Of a DNA stretch of 40,881 nt, positions 35,771 to 40,881 are shown piece by piece. Positions within the stretch are counted from its first letter, which is position 1; each line of letters begins with the position of its first letter. The DNA is from Gemmatimonadales bacterium. Its GTDB lineage: Bacteria > Gemmatimonadota > Gemmatimonadetes > Gemmatimonadales > GWC2-71-9. The position numbers were made by a program, and so were the translations under genes. The notes under the pieces are model-generated. The model worked only from the letters and a program-made list of their open reading frames with translations, was not told the origin of the DNA and made no database searches. The stretch lies in assembly GCA_041615815.1 (NCBI GenBank), contig JBFJCP010000034.1, positions 1 to 40,881 of the forward strand, in the 5' to 3' direction.

Positions 35771-37291
35771 ATGAGCTCGACACCCCCGTTGCTCACCGGC
35801 AAGATGGTCGAGCTCCAGGGCGCTCTCCCCGCCGGTCCACTGGTCAACGACGACATCGCCCCCACCGATCTGCAACACCGCACGTGGAACCTCTGGCACA
35901 TCGCCTCGCTGTGGGTTGGGATGAGCGTCTGTATTCCCACCTACATGCTGGCCGCAAGCATGATCCAGGCGGGGATGAACTGGTGGCAGGCGCTCCTCAC
36001 GATCCTCGTGGGCAACGCGGTCGTGTTGCTACCCCTGGTGATCAACGCTCACGCTGGCACCCGTTATGGGATCCCCTTCCCGGTGTATGCGCGCGCGTCG
36101 TTCGGACCACTGGGTGCGCATGTGCCGGCGCTGCTCCGCTCGGTGGTGGCGTGTGGGTGGTTTGGGATTCAGACGTGGATTGGCGGCCTCGCCCTCAACG
36201 TCCTGATGGGGATTCTCTGGGCGGACTGGCAGGGGCTCGGCGGCGATTGGTCGTTCATGGGATACGGCCTTTCGCATTTCATCAGCTTTCTGATCTTCTG
36301 GTTGATCAATCTGTACTTCGTGTGGGCCGGAACCGAGTCCATCAAATGGCTCGAGACGGCCGCGGCGCCCTTTCTGATTCTGGTGGGTGTCGCCCTCTTG
36401 CTCTGGGCGGCCTCGCAGGTCGGTGGGATCGGGAGAATTCTTCGGCAGTCCGATGCGCTGATCCTCGCTGAGGAAGATCGCACGACGTGGCAGTTCGTCT
36501 TTACGTTGTTCGTTCCGTGGGTCACGGCCATGGTGGGATATTGGGCCACCCTCTCCCTCAATATTCCCGACTTTACGCGTTACGCGAAGAGCCAGAAGGA
36601 TCAGATAGCCGGACAGGCCATCGGATTACTCACCACCATGCCGCTCTTCGCGTTCATCGGTGTGGCCGTGACCAGCGCAACGGTGATTCTCTATGGCGAA
36701 GCGATTTGGAATCCTGTGGACTTGATCTCGAGGCTCACGGCGGAGCGGGGCAGCCCGGTGTTGGGCATCCTGGCGATGTTCGTTATCGTTGTGGCCACGC
36801 TGTCCACCAACATTGCTGCCAACGTGGTGGCCCCCGCCAACAGTTTTTCCAATCTGCGTCCTCGAAGCATCAGCTTTCGGATGGGTGGATACATTGCGGG
36901 GATCATCGGAATCCTGATCTTTCCATGGAAACTGCTGGACATGTACCAAACGTGGCTCATCAGCTATTCGGGACTGCTGGGCGCGGTTGGCGGCGTGATC
37001 ATCTGTGACTATGTGGTCGTGCGGCGCGGGTGGTTGGAGCTCCGGGATCTCTACCTCGCCGACGGCGCGTACACGTATCGCCGCGGGGTCAACTGGGTTG
37101 CCCTCGCGGCGCTCGTTGCGGGCATCGGGATCGCGCTGCTGGGGGCAACGCACCCGGCTCTCAGATTCCTGTTCAATGGCGCATGGTTCTCGGCAGCCAT
37201 CGTCTCTTTTGTGGTCTATCTCGTCTTGATGCGGCGACCCCGTACGGCGCCGTCTCCGACCTCTCAGAGGAATCCGCAGGAGGCCTCATGA
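35771..37291 (+). CDS. NCS1 nucleobase:cation symporter (allantoin/hydantoin permease-like)
   Basis: WVGMSVCIPTY, YGIPFPV, ACGWFGIQTW, LNIPDFTRY and STNIAAN motifs. Confidence 0.95.
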   Translation: MSSTPPLLTGKMVELQGALPAGPLVNDDIAPTDLQHRTWNLWHIASLWVGMSVCIPTYMLAASMIQAGMNWWQALLTILVGNAVVLLPLVINAHAGTRYGIPFPVYARASFGPLGAHVPALLRSVVACGWFGIQTWIGGLALNVLMGILWADWQGLGGDWSFMGYGLSHFISFLIFWLINLYFVWAGTESIKWLETAAAPFLILVGVALLLWAASQVGGIGRILRQSDALILAEEDRTTWQFVFTLFVPWVTAMVGYWATLSLNIPDFTRYAKSQKDQIAGQAIGLLTTMPLFAFIGVAVTSATVILYGEAIWNPVDLISRLTAERGSPVLGILAMFVIVVATLSTNIAANVVAPANSFSNLRPRSISFRMGGYIAGIIGILIFPWKLLDMYQTWLISYSGLLGAVGGVIICDYVVVRRGWLELRDLYLADGAYTYRRGVNWVALAALVAGIGIALLGATHPALRFLFNGAWFSAAIVSFVVYLVLMRRPRTAPSPTSQRNPQEAS

Positions 37292-38085
37292 AGATCTATG
37301 ACTTGTCGCAGCCGCTCAATCAGGAGGTGTCGTTCTGGCCATACTATCCCCCTTTCGAGGTGAAATACATCAAACGGAAGGCGGAGCATGGCGTGAATGC
37401 GCAGTACATCCAGACGTCGAATCACATGGGAACCCACTTAGATGCGCCGCGACACTTCGTGACGAATGGCATGACGATCGACGAAATCCCCATGAAGTGG
37501 CTCTGCAGGCCGGGAGTCATCGCCAACTTGTCGGACGAGCTGGGTGATCTCGACGTCTACACCCCGGCCATGATCGAAAAGCGTGTCGAAGTCAAGAAGG
37601 GTGACCTGGTGTTTCTCCATACCGGATGGCACAAGTACGGCCAGTTTGGATCCGAGCCCGATGAAGAACGCTACCTCCACTATCACCCGGGCGCCCATCC
37701 GGACATGGTGCCCTGGCTCAAAGAAATGGAGGTGCACATCTGGGGTGTGGACTGTGTCTCCACGGATCACCCCATGGACTTGCCCATTGGACGCTTTCTC
37801 GGCAAGGGCATGCACGGACATTGTGACAAGGTGCGAAAGAGAGCCGAGGAAAAGTTTGGTGTGGACGGTGTCGCCCGGCTCTTCCCCGAAGAAGACTACC
37901 AGCTCACACACAACCAGTTGTTTCCCCACAACTGTATGCACATAGAGAATCTGGGCGGACAGATCGATGCGCCAGAGCTCCAAAACAAACGCCTGATCCT
38001 CGGATGTTTTCCATGGAAGTTCAAAGGTGGCGAAGCGGCGTTTGCCCGAGTCGTCGCATTCCTGGGCGCGTGGGAGACGCCGTAA
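37288..38085 (+). CDS. cyclase family metal-dependent amidohydrolase (KynB/isatin hydrolase-like)
   Basis: HMGTHLDAPRH motif, HIENL; AGGAGG RBS and ATGA overlap. Confidence 0.92.
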   Translation: MKIYDLSQPLNQEVSFWPYYPPFEVKYIKRKAEHGVNAQYIQTSNHMGTHLDAPRHFVTNGMTIDEIPMKWLCRPGVIANLSDELGDLDVYTPAMIEKRVEVKKGDLVFLHTGWHKYGQFGSEPDEERYLHYHPGAHPDMVPWLKEMEVHIWGVDCVSTDHPMDLPIGRFLGKGMHGHCDKVRKRAEEKFGVDGVARLFPEEDYQLTHNQLFPHNCMHIENLGGQIDAPELQNKRLILGCFPWKFKGGEAAFARVVAFLGAWETP

Positions 38086-38092
38086 CGGTCCG

Positions 38093-39526
38093 ATGAGTGC
38101 ACCGACTGAGCTCGCCGACCTTGCGGCAACGGAGATGCGACGGCTCGTCGCGACGCGCGAGGTCTCGCCTGTCGAGCTCGTCGAGGCCGCGCTCGAGCGA
38201 TTGGAGGACTACAACGAGGTCGTGAACGCGGTCGTCACCGTGTCGGACCGTGCGTTGGATGACGCACGCGCACTGGAGCAACGTCTCGCGGGCAGCGATG
38301 AGGCCGGTCCGCTCTGTGGCATTCCCGTGGGTATCAAAGACGTCACGCCGGTGCGTGGGCTGCGGACCACCTTTGGGTCACCACTCTACGCCGATCACGT
38401 TCCCAGCGAAGATGCTCTCGTGGTCCAACGGCTCCGGGCTGCAGGAGCCGTGATCATCGGCAAGACCAACTGTCCGGAATTCGCCGCCGGTGGAAATACC
38501 TTCAACGAAGTCTTCGGCCGCACGCGCAACCCGTGGAACCCCGCGCGCAGCGCCGGCGGCTCGACGGGCGGTGGTGCGGCAGCCCTGGCCACCGGGATGA
38601 TCGCGTTGGCGGAAGGAACCGACTTGGGGGGGTCGCTCCGTATTCCTGCGTCGTTTTGCGGCGTGGTGGGCCTGCGGCCGTCGACCGGTCTCGTCCCGAC
38701 GTATCCCACTGATTATGTGTGGGACAATCTGGCGGTCACCGGCCCGATGGCTCGTACTGCAGCTGACGTCGCCCTCATGTTGGATGCCGTGTGTGGGCCG
38801 AGCCCGATGGCGCCGTTGAGCGCCCCCGCGCGCGGACGCGATTTCGTCGGCGCCGTGCGGCAGGGGATCCAGCGAGGGCTTCGTCTCGCCTATGCCGCAG
38901 ACATCGCGGGGATCGGCGTCGATCCCGATGTCGAGCGGGCATGTCGAGGCGTCGTTTCCGACCTGCGACAGATCGGCGCCACCGTCGAGGAGATCGATCT
39001 GGATCTGTCCTACGGGTGGGACGCGTTCCTGGCGCTGCGAGGCCTCTGGATGGTGGCCCACCAGTTCACTCGGCTCGACAAGATGAGCCAATTTGGACCG
39101 AACGTCGCCGGCAACGTGGAATGGGGCCTCGCGGTCACCACGGAACAGCTCGGGGCAGCCGAGCACGTCCGGGGACGTCTCTGGCACTCCTTCCGCACCT
39201 TCTTCGAGAGTTTCGACCACCTGGTTACACCGTGCGCGGCCATCCCGCCGTTTCCGGTGGAGCAGGATTATCCGGAGAGTATTGCCGGAAAACCCATGAA
39301 AACCTACGTGGACTGGATTGCACCCACATTCACTCTGAGTCTGACGGGATTACCGGTCGGCGCGGTACCGTGCGGCCTCGATCCGAGCGGTCTACCGGTA
39401 GGGCTGCAAATCGTCGGCCGCCCGCTGGGTGAAGAGGCCGTGCTCGCCCTCGCGGCCCGGATACAGGAGATTCGGCCCGTGCCACCGCCCCCACTTTCGG
39501 CGCTCACCAACTGGCGACCAGCCTGA
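38093..39526 (+). CDS. amidase signature family amidase
   Basis: GIKD, GKTN.PEF, GGSTGG and GTDLGGSLRIPAS (Ser-cisSer-Lys triad). Confidence 0.95.
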   Translation: MSAPTELADLAATEMRRLVATREVSPVELVEAALERLEDYNEVVNAVVTVSDRALDDARALEQRLAGSDEAGPLCGIPVGIKDVTPVRGLRTTFGSPLYADHVPSEDALVVQRLRAAGAVIIGKTNCPEFAAGGNTFNEVFGRTRNPWNPARSAGGSTGGGAAALATGMIALAEGTDLGGSLRIPASFCGVVGLRPSTGLVPTYPTDYVWDNLAVTGPMARTAADVALMLDAVCGPSPMAPLSAPARGRDFVGAVRQGIQRGLRLAYAADIAGIGVDPDVERACRGVVSDLRQIGATVEEIDLDLSYGWDAFLALRGLWMVAHQFTRLDKMSQFGPNVAGNVEWGLAVTTEQLGAAEHVRGRLWHSFRTFFESFDHLVTPCAAIPPFPVEQDYPESIAGKPMKTYVDWIAPTFTLSLTGLPVGAVPCGLDPSGLPVGLQIVGRPLGEEAVLALAARIQEIRPVPPPPLSALTNWRPA

Positions 39527-39572
39527 GCTAGTCTTCCGTCAGCTCCGCCGCCTTCGCTCCTGCCGCTGCTGC

Positions 39573-40880
39573 TCAATCCTCGGGACCCGAAAACAATTTG
39601 CACACATCCGGCTTGGTCACCTTCCCCAGCGCGTTTCTGGGAAGTGAGCGCACGCACCGCAAGCGCCTCGGCACTTTGTACGGTGCGAGTCGTTCTCGGG
39701 CCCATTCCTGCAGAGCGTCCAGGGTCAGCTCGATGTCGTTCCGTGGCTCGACGGCTACGCACACGCGCTCGCCCCATTCGGGATCCTCGATCCCGACCAC
39801 GGCGCATTCCCCGATGGCGGGGTGGGCTCGTAGTACCTCTTCGATCTCCAACGCCGAGACCTTGAAGCCACCCGTCTTGATGATGTCCACGCTCGTGCGT
39901 CCCAGAATTCTGTATCGACCACCCTCCAACACGGCCATGTCGCCGGTACGAAACCACCCGTCCTCGAAGGCCTGGGCCGTTGCCTCTGGACGCCGCCAAT
40001 ACTCGAGGAAGACGGTGGGGCCACGAACGCGGATTTCACCGGGGATGCCCTCCCGCGTGATCGCTTCCCCCGTCTCGTCCGCCAGACGGACGTCCACACC
40101 GGGAAGCGGGGTACCCACGGTCCCCGCGATGCGCTCTCCGTCCAGGGGGTTCGACAGGGCCATGCCGATCTCCGTCATACCATACCGCTCCAGCAACACG
40201 TGGCCGCTGATCTCCTTCCACCGCGCGAGCGTTCCCACCGGCAGAGCCGCCGAGCCCGAGATCATGAGCCGCATGCGACGGCATCCCGCGGACATCGCTC
40301 GACGCTCCCCAACGGACGCTTGCTCCCAGCCCGCGATGAGCAACCGATAGATCGTTGGAACGGCCATGAAGACCGTGAGATCACCGCGGGCGATCCGTCT
40401 CCATACCTCGACGGGATCGAACTTCGGCATCATTTGACACCTGGCGCCGGCCCACATGGCACAAGTGACCACGTTGATGATCCCATGCACGTGGTGGAGC
40501 GGGAGAATCTGTAGGATATGGTCCTCGGCTTGCCACTTCCACGCCTCGATCAAGGACTCCACCTGGGACCGAATGTTGCCGTGCGTGGTGACCACCCCCT
40601 TCGCACGACCCGTGCTGCCGCTCGTATACACGATCATTGCCCGTCGCGATTCGTCGACCGCGGGGAGCGGGAGCGTGCTGGTGTGCGCGAGCGCTTCGGT
40701 GGTCGTGAGGTAGCGAATTGGGACTCGGTCCAGGAGTGATCGGACGCTGGGAGCCAGGGAGGGATGGACGACGACCGTGGAGGCATCGGCATCCAGAATC
40801 GCGTACTCCAATTCGGGAGGCGGGTGGGAAACCGCCAGTGGTACGGCGACCCCGCCCGCCCGCCACACGCCCCATTGCAC
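39573..40880 (-). CDS. acyl-CoA synthetase, malonyl-CoA synthetase (MatB/ACSF3)-like; 5' end outside the window
   Basis: YTSGSTGRAKG, LPLHHVHG, ERYGMTE, FRTGD and PRNALGK motifs. Confidence 0.9.
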   Translation of the reverse strand: MQWGVWRAGGVAVPLAVSHPPPELEYAILDADASTVVVHPSLAPSVRSLLDRVPIRYLTTTEALAHTSTLPLPAVDESRRAMIVYTSGSTGRAKGVVTTHGNIRSQVESLIEAWKWQAEDHILQILPLHHVHGIINVVTCAMWAGARCQMMPKFDPVEVWRRIARGDLTVFMAVPTIYRLLIAGWEQASVGERRAMSAGCRRMRLMISGSAALPVGTLARWKEISGHVLLERYGMTEIGMALSNPLDGERIAGTVGTPLPGVDVRLADETGEAITREGIPGEIRVRGPTVFLEYWRRPEATAQAFEDGWFRTGDMAVLEGGRYRILGRTSVDIIKTGGFKVSALEIEEVLRAHPAIGECAVVGIEDPEWGERVCVAVEPRNDIELTLDALQEWARERLAPYKVPRRLRCVRSLPRNALGKVTKPDVCKLFSGPED

Positions 40881-40881
40881 G

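Noticed and set aside
38553..38573. Amidase GGSTGG as a catalytic defect
   Set aside because: The cis-Ser (first Ser), Lys and nucleophile Ser are retained; Thr replaces the second position only.
1..40881. tRNA, rRNA, integrase or transposase genes
   Set aside because: No cloverleaf or T-loop motifs in the intergenic gaps and no recombinase or DDE motifs among the ORFs; a tRNAscan/Rfam run would be needed to be certain.

Overview
GC-rich bacterial chromosomal window with about 31 genes. The degenerate 7-mer and 9-mer repeats at gene junctions and the gene content suggest a Gemmatimonadota-like organism (inference only). Left arm (1-7.4 kb) is accessory-type: an ARPP-1/DUF6569-like protein, a helical lipoprotein plus small-protein pair, a membrane protein, a ComEC-type metallo-beta-lactamase-fold hydrolase and a convergent two-HKD phospholipase D-family protein. 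The middle holds an APC permease plus amidohydrolase, an EEP/sphingomyelinase-like enzyme, an APC antiporter plus DDAH, a LOG protein, a beta-CASP ribonuclease, a beta-barrel, an ECF sigma/anti-sigma operon, a 1055-aa M48 protease fusion, and an argR-argG-argH-rocD operon with tandem ARG boxes. The right arm holds an S9 peptidase, an NCS2 permease divergent from a molybdenum-hydroxylase (S-L-G-M)-NCS1-cyclase-amidase catabolic operon, and a truncated MatB/ACSF3-like ligase. The most striking locus is 26.40-27.74 kb. A sigma70-like promoter, a 25-codon leader ORF and mutually exclusive terminator/antiterminator hairpins precede a PheRS-alpha-like gene. Its C-terminal FDX-ACB anticodon-binding domain lies in the +1 frame behind a prfB-like cassette (GGAGG-3 nt-CTT-TTC) with a Phe codon in the A-site. 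This is a candidate Phe-tRNA-sensing programmed frameshift plus attenuator, although a single-base sequencing error cannot be excluded. No rRNA, tRNA, CRISPR array or transposase was seen.
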